A stretch of DNA of 64,000 nt, taken from positions 8,487,180 through 8,551,179 of the forward strand of contig NC_057752.1 of the NCBI RefSeq assembly GCF_004010195.1, given 5' to 3'. The DNA comes from Chiloscyllium plagiosum (Eukaryota). Below are positions 26,200 through 37,880 of this stretch, piece by piece. The notes beneath the pieces are model-generated. The model did no database searches. It saw only the letters and a program-made list of their open reading frames with translations, and was not told the origin of the DNA. Numbering within the stretch: the stretch's first letter is position 1; the number at the start of each line of letters is the position of its first letter. The position numbers and the translations under genes are program-made.

Positions 26200-29050
26200 A
26201 AGCCTCAGAATATCCTCCAGATGGGCAAGGTGCAATTCTGCTGCCGAACTAAGGTGTCCCTGAACACCATAACAGAACTGTGTTACCTGTTGGAGCACTC
26301 CAGGTGTACAGCGCTATAGCCTGTATAGAGGTAGCGGTGATCATACTATATCATAACATGACTGACATAATTATCAGGAAAAGGTTCTATTCAGTCAATC
26401 TCCAACTCATCTTTGATCGTGGCAATCACATCTTGGAAGTTTGTGACAGGTATCTTGAAAAGTTCCATGATGCCTAATGCATTATAACTCTCAGGTTCCT
26501 GCTTCACTTCGAGGCACGTGTCTGACAAGAATGGCTGGTGGCAGACAAGGCCTACACATTTCACCATGCCTAATTACTCAGTTACGTAACTCTGTGACTG
26601 AGTCCCAGTGTGGGTACAATGTAACATCTTTATCCACGAGGGCCAGAGAGCCATACGATGTTTCTTTGAAATGAGATTCCCATGTAGTGGACAGTGAAGA
26701 AGGTTACCTCTGAGTTCGACAGGACCTTGATCAGATGGGCCAATGGGCTGAGGAATGGCAGGTGGAATGTAATTTAGATAAATGTGAGGTACTGCATTTT
26801 GGAAAGGCAAATCAGGGCAGGGCTTATATATTTAATGGTAAGGTCCTCGGGAGAGTTGCTGAACAAAGTGATCTTGGAGTACAGGTTCATAGTTCCTTGA
26901 AATTGGAGTCGTAGGTAGACAGGATAGTGAAGAAGGTATTTGGTATGCTTGTCACTATTGGTCAGTGCATTGAGTGCAGGAGTTGGGAGGTTATGTTGTC
27001 GTTGTACAGGACATAGGTTAGGCCACTTTTGGAATACTATGTTTAGTTCTGGTCTCCCTGCTATAGGAAAGATGTTGTTAAACTTGAAAGGGTTCAGCAA
27101 AAATTTAAAAGGATGTTGCTAGGATTGGAGAGTTTGAGCTGTAAGAAGAGGCTGAATAGGCTGGGGCTATTTTCCCTGGAGCAGTGGAGGATGGGGGGGG
27201 GGGGGGGGGATTGACAGCATGGTTTTGTGCAGGGGAGATTGTGCCTCAAGCTTGATTGAGTTTTTCGAAGAGATGACGAAGGTGATTGTTGAGCGAGAAG
27301 CAGTTGATGTTGTCAACATGAACTTCAGTAACTTTGGCAAGATCCCTCATGGCAGACTGGTACAAATGGTGAAGTCACATGGTATCGGGCTGAACTGGCA
27401 CGATGGATAGAGAACTGGCATAGTCAATGCAGACAGAGGGTAATGGTGAAAGGATATTTTTCGCAATGGGGGCCTGTGACTAGTGGTGTTCCACAGGGAT
27501 CAGTGCTGGGACCTCTGCTGGTTATGGAGTTTTGGAGGAAAATGTAGCTGGTCTAATTAGTAAGTTTGCGGATGATACAAAGATTGGTGGAGTTGCAAAT
27601 AATGAGGAGGATTGTCAGATAATATAGCAGGATACACATCAATTGGAGGCATGGGCAGAAAAATGACAGATGGAGTTTAATCTGGACAAATGTGAGATGA
27701 TGCATTTTGGAAGGTCAAGTGCAGGTGGAAATTATACAGTGAATGGCAGAACTCTTCAGAGTATTGATATGCAGAGAGACCTGATGTGCAGGACCACAGA
27801 TCACTGAAGGTGGCAGCACAGGTAGATAAAGGCCTGCATGCTTGCCTTCATTGGAAGGATATTGAGAATAAGGATAGATAAGTTATGCTGCAGCTTTATA
27901 GAACTTTAGTTAGGCTACACTTGGAATATTGCATACAGTTCCAGTCACCACACTACCAGAAGAATGTGGATGCTTTGGAACGGGTACAGAAAAGGTTTAC
28001 CAGGATGTTGCCTGGTATGGGGGATTTTAAATATGAAGAAAGGTTGGATAGGCTGGATTTGTTTTCACTGGAATGCAGGAGGTTGAGGGTGAGGGGTGAC
28101 CTGATAGAAGTTTATAAGATTGTGAATGGCATGGATAGAGTGGAAATTATCAAGTTTTTTTCCCAGGGTGGAGGGGTCAATTAGTAGGGGACACAGGTTC
28201 AAGGTGTGTGTGGAAGGGGGAGCAGAGTGAGTTTAAAAGAGATGTGCGAGGCACGTTTTTTACACAAAGGGTGGTGAGTGCCAGGAATGTGTCGTCAGAG
28301 GAGGTGGTGGAAGCAGACACAATAGCAGCATTCAAGAAGCACCTAGACGAATACAATAGAAAGGGAATAGATTCTGTAAGTTAAGTCAGTTTTAGTGTGG
28401 AAGGGCAAAATGTGTTGGCGCAGGCTGGAGGGCCAAAGGACCTGTTCCTGTGCTATATTGTTCTTCGCTCTTTGCTCTTGTAGAAGTTTATAAAATTATG
28501 AGGGGTGTAGATAGGGTGAATAGCCAAGGTCTTTTCCCCAGGGTAGGGGAGTCCAAAACCAGAGGGCATAGGTTGGTTTAAGGTAAGAGAAGAAAGATTT
28601 AAAAGAGACCTGAGGGGCAACGTTTGCACACAATGGGTGGCGCGTGTATGGATTGAGCTGCCAGAGGATGTGGTGGAGGCTGGTACAGTTACAACATTTA
28701 AAAGGCACCTGGATGGGTATATGAATAGGAAGGGTTTAGAGGGAAACGGGCTAAATGCTGGCAAATGAGACTAGATTAATTTAGGATATCTGGTCGACAT
28801 GGGCGAGTTGGACTGAAGGGTCTGATTGCCATACTGTACATCTCTATGACTTGATCTGGGGGGTCCTTGCACTACGCAACGGACAATTGGAGCTGGCAAA
28901 AAGTAATGGATGATGAGGTGTCAGAGCAGCAGAATTCTTCAGAGGAACAGGCTTAGGATGTTACTCTGGAGGAACATGACCTTCATCATGATATCAACAC
29001 AGAAGATTGGGTGCAACAATCCACAGAATTTATTGGCAACCTCTTCCAAT
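26200..29050 (+). mobile_element. PIF/Harbinger DNA transposase remnant split by CR1 insertions
   Basis: RKRFYSVNLQLIFD...VCDRYLEKFHDA, LRNSVTESQCGYN and LKMRFPC (to ~26682), resuming with SGGSLHY at ~28855; these match the HARBI1/PIF DDE pattern. Confidence 0.7.
26683..28850 (+). mobile_element. CR1 3' fragment with a second CR1 subfamily copy (~27215-28478) nested in it
   Basis: Two sets of RT C-terminal motifs (LVRLHLEYCIQF etc.) and two different CR1 3' UTRs. Confidence 0.8.
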
Positions 29051-30089
29051 AGAAGTGTTGGATGAATTCAATCTTTGATTGTTAATGTGTTGATGCTGGA
29101 AAAACAAGCAGCCCTGTTTATTCACAAATGCAAATACAATTTTTTGGTTTCTTCTTTCTTCAGTTTTCCTTATGTGCAATAAAAATTAAAGTTACTATTT
29201 CACAAAATTCAATGCTCCCACAAACACACATGGCAACAATTCATGCGAATATGTGCGTTCAGGAAAGAATAGCACAACTTCAGGCAAGGTTCTAACACTG
29301 GTGGTGCTAAGAAAAGGTAGTCTCTTTAGCATCAGTCTTGTAGCTGTAGCCAAAGTGACTGTTGATGATGTAAAGTGAAAATACATGTACAAATATGAGA
29401 TTCTATTTAAATTAAGGTGTCACCTGTAAAACCTGAATGCTCTTAGAATGTTTTCATTTCTGTCTTCCCTTCCACTACATCTAGATGCTGTCCCAGAGTC
29501 CACACCTGGGATGGAGGGAGCTTGCCCTATAGTGGAGCCTGTTGCGCTTGGAGCTTTGAGTGGATACCCTGAGGACATTTGTGCATGAAATACCCAGAAA
29601 TGCTGAGTGCCCCCTAGCCAGATGCAGGCTCACCCTCCTTGGCTTGAACTTCTACAGGGATGCAAGCAAGAGGTGGAGGGATCTGGCACCTCTGGAGTGT
29701 CCTGAGAGCAGACTTCAGGGGAATGCCTCTATGGAGTTCCTCCTCTATCTGGGTGCCAGCCAGCATTACCCAGTGCCCTTGTGAGGAAGGGGCACCTGGA
29801 TTAGGTCAGAGTCATTTGTTCCCCTCCATTGGTCACCAACGGTTAAAGGAAAGCAGTGTAACTCTTATGTACATCACTTGCAGCTAATAAGCATTCTGCT
29901 GGCCCTTGCTCTTCACAGCAGTTGCCAATCTGTCCATGGAGACAGTGAGATGCACACATATCAGAGCCAGCATGGTACAGATGGCTTTGGTGGACTCATC
30001 CAATATTTAACTAGTTTACTGAGTGTCTCTGACAAAGCTGCCTGCTGCATCTATTTGTTTATGTGTGCATTTCAAGTTATTGCTGGCTA

Positions 30090-31672
30090 GCACCAAAACT
30101 GGAGGTGTAGTGGACAGTGAAGAAGGTTATCTCAGAGTACAATGGGACCTTGATCAGATGGGTCAATGAGTCAAGGTATGGCAGATGGAGTTTAATTTAG
30201 ATAAATGTGATTTGCATTTTGTTAAGGCAAATCAGGGCAGGACATGTATAGTTAACAATAGGGTCTAGCAACCGCAGATTGCGGTGGTTCACGGACTCCC
30301 AGCCCAACTGCTTGTTCTGTGGCGCTATGGAGTCCGTGGACCACGTGTATATTGGGTGTGGGTGTTTGCACTCCCTCTTTGATTTTCTTAAAATCGTCCT
30401 CCTCTGCTTTTGGTTGCACTTCAGTCCCACACTCCTGATCTTCGGGTACCCGGTACGGAGGAGGGAGGGCAGGTCTGAAGACCTCCTCCTGGGTCTGCTC
30501 CTGGGCCTGGCCAAACTGGCCATCAACAGGTCCAGGCAGCGGGCCATGGAGGGGGTCGTTAGGGCCGACTGCCTGCCCCTCTTCCGCGGTTACGTTAGGG
30601 CCTGGGTGTCCTTGGAGAAGGAACACGCGGTGTCCACCAACACCCTGGAGTTGTTCAGGGAGAGGTGGGCGCCGCAGGGAGTGGAGTGCATTATTTCTCC
30701 CTCCAACTCTATTTTGATTTAATCCTTGCCCTCCCATTCACTGTTTTGATCACACAGCACTGCCCTTTGATGTGAAGGGGAGTGCTTGTCACTGGCCACT
30801 CAGGTGTTTTCCTATCTTCCTGGTGGTGGAAATTGAATAAAGATTCGTGCACCTTGTGTCTCTCACACCTGCACACACACACACACAAACCATGGGTGCT
30901 GGGGAAAAAATAAGCACTACCGCAGTTAGGCGGTAGTGTGGGGGTAAAAGAAAAAAAACAATAGGGTCTAATGAGTGTTGCCTAACAAAGAGACCCACGG
31001 GTGCAGGTGCATAGTTCTTTGAAAGTGAAGTTGCAGGTAGACAGGAGGTGAAGGTGGCATTTGGCACATTTCCCTTCATTGGTCAGAACATTGAGTACAG
31101 GAGTTGGAATGTCATGTTGTGGCTGAACAGGACATTGGTGAGGCCACTTTTGGAATACTGCATTCAATTCTGGTTGCCTTCTATAGGAAGGATGTTGTGA
31201 AACTTGAGAAGGCGTAGAAAAAATTTATGAGGACGTTGCTGGGACTGGAGGGTTTGAGCAAAAGGGAGAGGCTAAACAGGCTGGGACTATTTTCCCTGGA
31301 GCATCAGAAACTGAGGGGTGACATTATAGAGGTATATAAAATCATAAGGGGCATGGATAGGGTGATTAGCCAAGGTCTTTTTCCTAGGGTGGGGAAATCT
31401 AGTACTAGAGGGCATAGGTTTAAGGTGAGAGGGGAAAGATTTAAAAGGGACCCAAGGGGTAACATTTTCACACAAAGGCTGGTGCGTGTATGGAATGAGC
31501 TGCCAGAGGAAGCAGTGGAGGCTAGTACAATTAGAAGATTTAAAAGGCATCTGGATCAGTACATGAATAAGAAGGTTTTAGAGGGATATGGGCCAAGCGC
31601 TGGCAAATAGGACTAGATCAGATTGGGATGTCTAGTTCACATGGGTCTGCTTCCATGCTGCACGATTCTATG
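30090..31672 (+). mobile_element. CR1 3' fragment interrupted by a Tx1 insertion
   Basis: RT C-terminus GLEGLSKRERLNRLGLFSLE...RGHRFKVRG continues across the insert. Confidence 0.85.
30268..30956 (+). mobile_element. 5'-truncated Tx1/L1-clade LINE with 14-bp TSD
   Basis: Open ORF2 C-terminus with CCHC knuckle CLFCGAMESVDHVYIGC; AATAAA and A-tail; TSD aacaatagggtcta at 30254-30267 and 30957-30970. Confidence 0.88.
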
Positions 31673-31674
31673 AA

Positions 31675-32017
31675 CTCACAGAACCCACAGAATCCCTACA
31701 GTGTGGGAGCAGGCTATTCAGCCCATTGAGTCCACACCAACCCTCCAAAGAGCATCCCGACCAGATCCACCTCTCTACCCTATCACTCTGCATTTCCTAT
31801 GGCTAACCCACCTAGCCTGTACATCCCTGGACTCTATGGGCAATTTAGCATGGCCAATCCACCTAACCTGCACATGTTTGGACTGTTGGAGTAAAGCCAT
31901 GCAGATGTGGGGAGAATGTGCAAATGCTCTACACACAGTCCCCAAGGGTGAAATCGAACGTGAGTCCCTGGTGTTGTGAGGCAGCAGTGCTAACCACTGA
32001 GGCCACTGGGCTGCCCC
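31675..32017 (-). mobile_element. HE1-type V-SINE (internally deleted)
   Basis: Head CAGTGGTTAGCACTGCTGCCTCAC; body shared with 13557-13871. Confidence 0.8.
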
Positions 32018-32409
32018 AGTATAAAGCATAAGTGCCTCTTCTGTTTTACACTAAACAAGTGTCTGGTCCCTGACAGTTCTGAGTGAGGTGACCTGGAGAG
32101 TTTCTTCCTTGGCCAGCTGCAGAGATGCGCCAGTGAAGTGCCCACCAGATCTAATGTAGCTGAAGTCCTGAGGAAAGACGAACACTCTCCGGTTTACCAA
32201 GACCCACGCGACCCTGTCAGCAAAGCAGGGTACCAATCCTCCTCTATCGGGCATTTGTCTTTGAGATCCTCCTACAATGGAACCATTAAGGCTATTCCTG
32301 CAAGAGAGTATTTGAACTCAAATGCAGCTGGGCTTTAAATATGAAGCTGGCAGCATGAATACCAGTAGGTCAAGTAACATATTAAACTGGGGTCCTAGCT
32401 GGCTTGCCA

Positions 32410-33185
32410 AGTTACAGCAGTCTATTGCATAGAAAAAAACCCTTCAACCCATCACCTCCATGTCAGTCAAAAATGGCCACCTAACTACTCTACTCCCATT
32501 TCCAGGACTTGGCCCATAGCTTTGTCTGCCTTGGCATCACAAGTGCACATCTAAATACTTTCTAAATGTTATGAGGGGTTTTTACCTCCACCACCCTTAA
32601 AGGCAGCAAGTTTCAGATTCCCGCCACCCTCTGGATGAAACGGCTTTTCCTCACATCTCCTCTAAACCTTCTACCCCTTAGTCATTGATCCCTCTATTAT
32701 GAAGTAAACTGAGGGTAAACTTGAACAGGAAATACTTTATTGTACATCCCCTCAGCTCCAGTTGGTTTTAGACTGCCTGTTCTTAGCTCCCGAACCACAT
32801 CACCTGACCCACTCTCTTAAGGGAACAACACACACCCAACTACGTACATAACTCCATCCAACCAAGTGGAGATGTTTCTTCCTGTCTACACCTCTCATAA
32901 TTTTATACATCTCAATCAATCATCTCCCCTCTCAATCTCCTCTGCTTCACTGGAAACAACCCCAGTCGGTTGAATCTCTCTTGATAACAACTCTCCAGCC
33001 CAGGCATCATCCTGGTAAATCATTTCACTCACTCAATCATATCTCTCCTATAATGTGGATTCCAGAACTGCACACAATACTCGATGGCCTAACTATCTTA
33101 TATAGTTCCAGAATAACTCCCCCGCCCTTAAATTCTATGCATCAACTAATAAATGCAAGAGCCTTCTTAACCACTTTATCCATGT
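32410..33185 (-). mobile_element. Old CR1 3' fragment
   Basis: Decayed similarity to the other CR1 3' ends. Confidence 0.55.
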
Positions 33186-33561
33186 ATCTCATTCAAATAG
33201 GAACAGAGTTCTTCTGGATCTTGGCCAAAATTTCTCTCCTGATGAGCATCAAAAACATGGTGCCAGTTACTTACCTCACTTACAAACCTTGCTGACATTT
33301 TCCCAGAAGAAAATAATGAATATGCCTGAAAACAAACTAGTTGTGTTTTTTTTCCCTTTCATTTACAGGAGGAGGGCATTGCCAGCTCATCCAGCATTTA
33401 CTGCCCAGCCCTCATTGCATGGTAGGATTTGAACACAAGTCCCCAGGATATTACCTAGGTCTACAAGCTTAGTGATAATACCACTAGGCCATCATCTCCC
33501 TAAATGCAATATAATGGCAACTGAGCAAAGCTAACACTTGTTTTTAATAGTTTTAAATTAG

Positions 33562-35425
33562 CTGTGGTTCTGTTCGCCGAGCTAGAAGTTTTTGTTGCAA
33601 ACGTTTCGTCCCCTGGCTCGGCGACATCATCAGTGCTTGGGAGCCTCCTGCGAAGCGCTTCTTTGATGTTTCCTCCGGTGTTTATAGTGGTCTGTCCCTG
33701 CCGCTTCCGGTTGTCAGTTTCAGCTGTCCGCTGTAGTGGTTGGTATATTGGGTCCAGGTCGATGTGTTTGTTGATGGAGTTTGTGGATGAATGCCATGCC
33801 TCTAGGAATTCCCTGGCTGTTCTCTGTCTGGCTTGCCCTATGATAGTAGTGTTGTCCCAGTCAAATTCACACACACGCAGACAACAAGCAACATGAATTC
33901 GACTGGGACAACACTACTATCATAGGGCAAGCCAGACAGAGAACAGCCAGGGAATTCCTAGAGGCATAGCATTCATCCACAAACTCCATCAACAAACACA
34001 TCGACCTGGACCCAATATACCAACCACTACAGCGGACAGCTGAAACTGACAACCGGAAGCGGCAGGGACAGACCACTATAAACACCGGAGGAAACATCAA
34101 AGAAGCGCTTCGCAGGAGGCTCCCAAGCACTGATGATGTCGCCTAGACAGGGGACGAAACATTTGCAACAAAAACTCCCAGCTCGGCGAACAGAACCACA
34201 ACAAACAACCAAGTTGAAGGTTTATGTATAGATTTCCAATGACCTTGTCAAAGTCCTCCATGTCCCACTGTATTGACGACTGCTAAACTGTAATTTGTGT
34301 GTGCTGTGACTACTGACTGCTCACGTTACTAAGGACCTGTGCTGTTTCTGATATTTCCCACACTTTAATTTGAACTGTGACAAATAGGTCATGGTGGTAT
34401 GAAAGCACAGGGAAATTGAAGTACAAAAAATGTGCCAGCAAGACTAGAATTGGTAGTGACATCCAGCAGCTGCTGAACAGTCTCCAATATGAAGATGTCA
34501 CAGTTGAAGTACGACTCAGGAAAAAGAGACGGTACAGGTGGCCTTGATGAATCAAGAATCACCCTTGATTCCATTTCTTCCATTTGAGCAAGATGAATTG
34601 ACATTGCAGACTGAGGATGTCACTGTCACAGAACTGTGTCATCTGCTGGAGCAGGACTTCAATCTGAAGGGGTGGATGAGTGCGGCTATTCAGATAGCCG
34701 TCAAGGTAACTATGAAGCTAGATTTTTAACCAATTGGTGGCTTCCAATAATCCGCTAGGGGCCTGGGTGGGATCTATCAATCCTCAGTGCACAAATGTAT
34801 TAAGGTTATTAAAGTTTGGGTGCTCGTTGTTGTGGTTCTGTTCGTCGAGTTGGAGGTTTTTGTTGCAAACGTTTCGTCCCCTGGCTAGGTGACATCATCA
34901 GTGCTTGGGAGCCTCCTGCGAAGCGCTTCTTTGTTGTTTCCTCCGGTGTTTATAGTGGTCTTTCCCTGCCGCTTCCGGTTGTCAGTTTCAGCTGTCCGCT
35001 GTAGTGGTTGGTATATTGGGTCCAGGTCGATGTGTTTGTTGATGGAGTTTGTGGATGAATGCTATGCCTCTAGGAATTCCCTGGCTGTTCTCTGAGTGGC
35101 TTGCCCTATGATAGTAGTGTTGTCTCAGTCGAATTCATGTTGCTTGTTGTCTGCGTGTGTGGCTACTAAGGATAGCTGGTCGTGTCGTTTCGTGGCTAGT
35201 TGATGTTCATGTATGCGGATTGTTAGCTGCCTTCCTGTCTTCAACCGGAAGCGGCAGGGACAGACCACTATAAACACCGGAGGAAACATCAAAGAAGCGC
35301 TTCGCAGGAGGCTCCCAAGCACTGATGATGTCGCCGAGCCAGGGGACGAAACGTTTGCAACAAAAACTTCTAGCTCGGCGAACAGAACCTCAGCAACGAG
35401 CACCCGAGCTACAAATCTTCGCACA
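33562..35425. mobile_element. Composite Penelope-like insertion: four pLTR/GIY-YIG C-terminal segments in alternating orientation around ~610 bp of unrelated sequence
   Basis: Peptide TGRQLTIRIHEH...HEFDWDNTTIIGQA...REFLEAWHS (PLE endonuclease C-terminus); 13-bp direct repeat agttttaaattag at 33549-33561 and 35426-35438. Confidence 0.85.
35319..35358 (+). ncRNA. Minimal hammerhead ribozyme motif in a Penelope pLTR (further copies at 33596-33636 -, 34127-34166 +, 34864-34904 -)
   Basis: GCA-CUGAUGA-U-GUC...GAC-GAAAC-GUU-UGC: catalytic boxes, stem II GUC/GAC and stem I GCA/UGC. Confidence 0.65.
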
Positions 35426-37299
35426 AGTTTTAAATTAGATGTACCAAACCGGAAAGATAATTACTGCCAAATACAGTCACTATTGTGAACTTTAATATCA
35501 ATTTAAACAAGAGGGCCACAAGTCATAATTTTAATTTTGTGTAAATTGTATTCTTATCAGTATTGAGAAATGGATTTGCACGCTTTTCAGGCACTCAATA
35601 TTTCAGATCTGGGAGGCCAAACACTTCTTCAGAAGTGAAGGTCAGCTTTTTCTCTACTCCTGGAACATATTCTCCCAGGGCACTTTCATGGGCAGGAATC
35701 TGGTTTGGGAGCTACAAAACAGGAAGGGAAGGGGGAAAGCATCCAATTATCCTTGACTTCAATGAAGAAGTTTACCAATATCTGGAACTTGAGCTTGTTC
35801 TCACATCAGAAAATTAATGCTTTTATTTGTGCATCCAAATGAACATCTGTATGATGATGCATTTCAGGTGAATCAAAAAGGCAACATCAAAAGCTAGTTA
35901 GCAGCATCTTTGCCCATGTTAATTATGTCCCCCAAATGAAATTCTGCCATTTGTGCCTTTGGAAATATGGCTGTGAAATGAGTGCAATTTTTCTTCAATT
36001 GCCATCCGAGGTATCTAAAAAATGCTCACTTAGCATAGCCATTAGGTTTCTGGAGTTACAAATTCACTGATTTCTTGGTCTTATTCATACAGTTTAAGGT
36101 CATCATCTGTTATAAGGTCAGTTTAAGGTTAACATATGATTATTTCCTCTATCTCAAATTTAGATTATATTGAGGCTCTGACTAATATTTGCACACTGCA
36201 TTATCTTCTTACCCACAATACTTCAATCAATTGGAAATTAAATTTGCACCACATTGATATGACTTGATCATTTAATCGAGCCATAAACCAGGCTCAATTG
36301 AGCTACTTGCTCTTCTCAGCATTCCCAGCCATTTCTTGTAATTGGTTTTGTAATTTTTATATCCATCAATATTTCCACTCCTTTTGTTGATCCACAGTCC
36401 ATTACCGACTTGTAGCTACTTGATGTTGACTCTCATTCTCCCAAAATGGCAACAATTCTCCATCAATTCATAATCTATGTTCCGTAAATCTCTAAACTTC
36501 ACCACTGCCTTTAACCAATCTAAACAATGCAAAACGTTTTTTTTACATTTCTAGCAAGAGACCAAGGTGGTTGAGGGGTACACAGATAACACACATAACA
36601 GTCTTTAAAATATCAGGATTCAAAGTTCATTTGAATGATTTAAGTTCCTGGAAAGGAGCAGAAGGTCCCTGGGAAAAGGGATAAATTCTCAAGGACACTT
36701 TTTTGGCATCAAAAAAAATTACTCAATTTTGTGCTAATAATTATAAAGATTACATTTAAGGGTTTATGAGAATGTGGATGCAAAACAAACATGAGCGTTC
36801 AAAGGATTTGAGTTTTCTTGGGGGGATGTGATTAGGACTTTCGTTTGCAAAGAGAATATCTTTCTTCAGTGGTTGCGCCATGAAAGGTTTTCCATCAGAT
36901 ATTTTTTAATGAAAATAAAATATTAATGAAACGTGAACTCTACATCTAACCAGGTTGATCCCCTGACTTGATGACATTACAATGAAGGCTGGAGGTGTTA
37001 ACTGTGTCTTTCTAGTTTCATTATGTCACTGGTCACAATATGATTTTAAAGACTTTATCTAGTTACAGGTGATATTTTTGTCTACATTAGATTTAGAATA
37101 AATAATAAAATTAGAGATTTATTATAAAACTAGACCTAAATCGACAAACATGCAAATCTGGTTAACAGTTTGACCTATGAAATACTTCTAAATACCTATT
37201 CCCTCCACCATGCACACACATAAACACCCCAATTAAACAGAAAAATAAAACTCTCCCTGCAGGGAATAATTATGAAAAAAAATTTGGCCCAGCAATGGT

Positions 37300-37880
37300 T
37301 CATGAAATAACTCCAGAGGCTGCTATCCCATCACTAAGTCACCCTCTATTTACACATGAATAGTCCTTGACTTTAGGACTGCCTCTTCAGAGCCAGCTCT
37401 CAGAACGAACAGAGCCTGCAACACTTTTTTTTTTCTTTTTATTTCTAACTGCGGTAGTGCTTATATTTTCCCCAGCACCCATGTTGTGTGTGTGCAGGTG
37501 TAAGACACAGTGAGAGACACAAGGTGCACGAATCTTTATTCAATTTCCACCACCAGGAAGAGGGCAAACACCTAAGTGGCCATTGACAAGCAATGCCCTT
37601 CTCATCAAAGGGCAATGCTGTGTGATCAAAAAAGTGAAGGGGAGGGTAGGGATTAAATCAAAATAGAATTGGACAGGAAAATAATACACTCCACTTCCTA
37701 CGGTGTCCACCTCTCCCTGAACAACTCAAGGGTGTTGGTGGACACCATGTGCTCCTTCTCCAGAGATACCGACACTCCTCTTTATATCTGTCAGCCTGGG
37801 CTCCCTGATTGGAGCACATTAACAGCTGCAATCAGGGAGCTCATATTCTATGAGGTCCACCTGGCTAACCTCATTACAGT
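37300..37880 (-). mobile_element. Gypsy-type LTR (3' LTR) containing a Tx1 3'-end insertion (~37425-37770)
   Basis: Begins TGTAATGAGG on the minus strand after a purine-rich tract; homologous to 60035-60172 plus 62413-62480. The Tx1 piece matches 30600-30930 and has a possible acact TSD. Confidence 0.65.
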
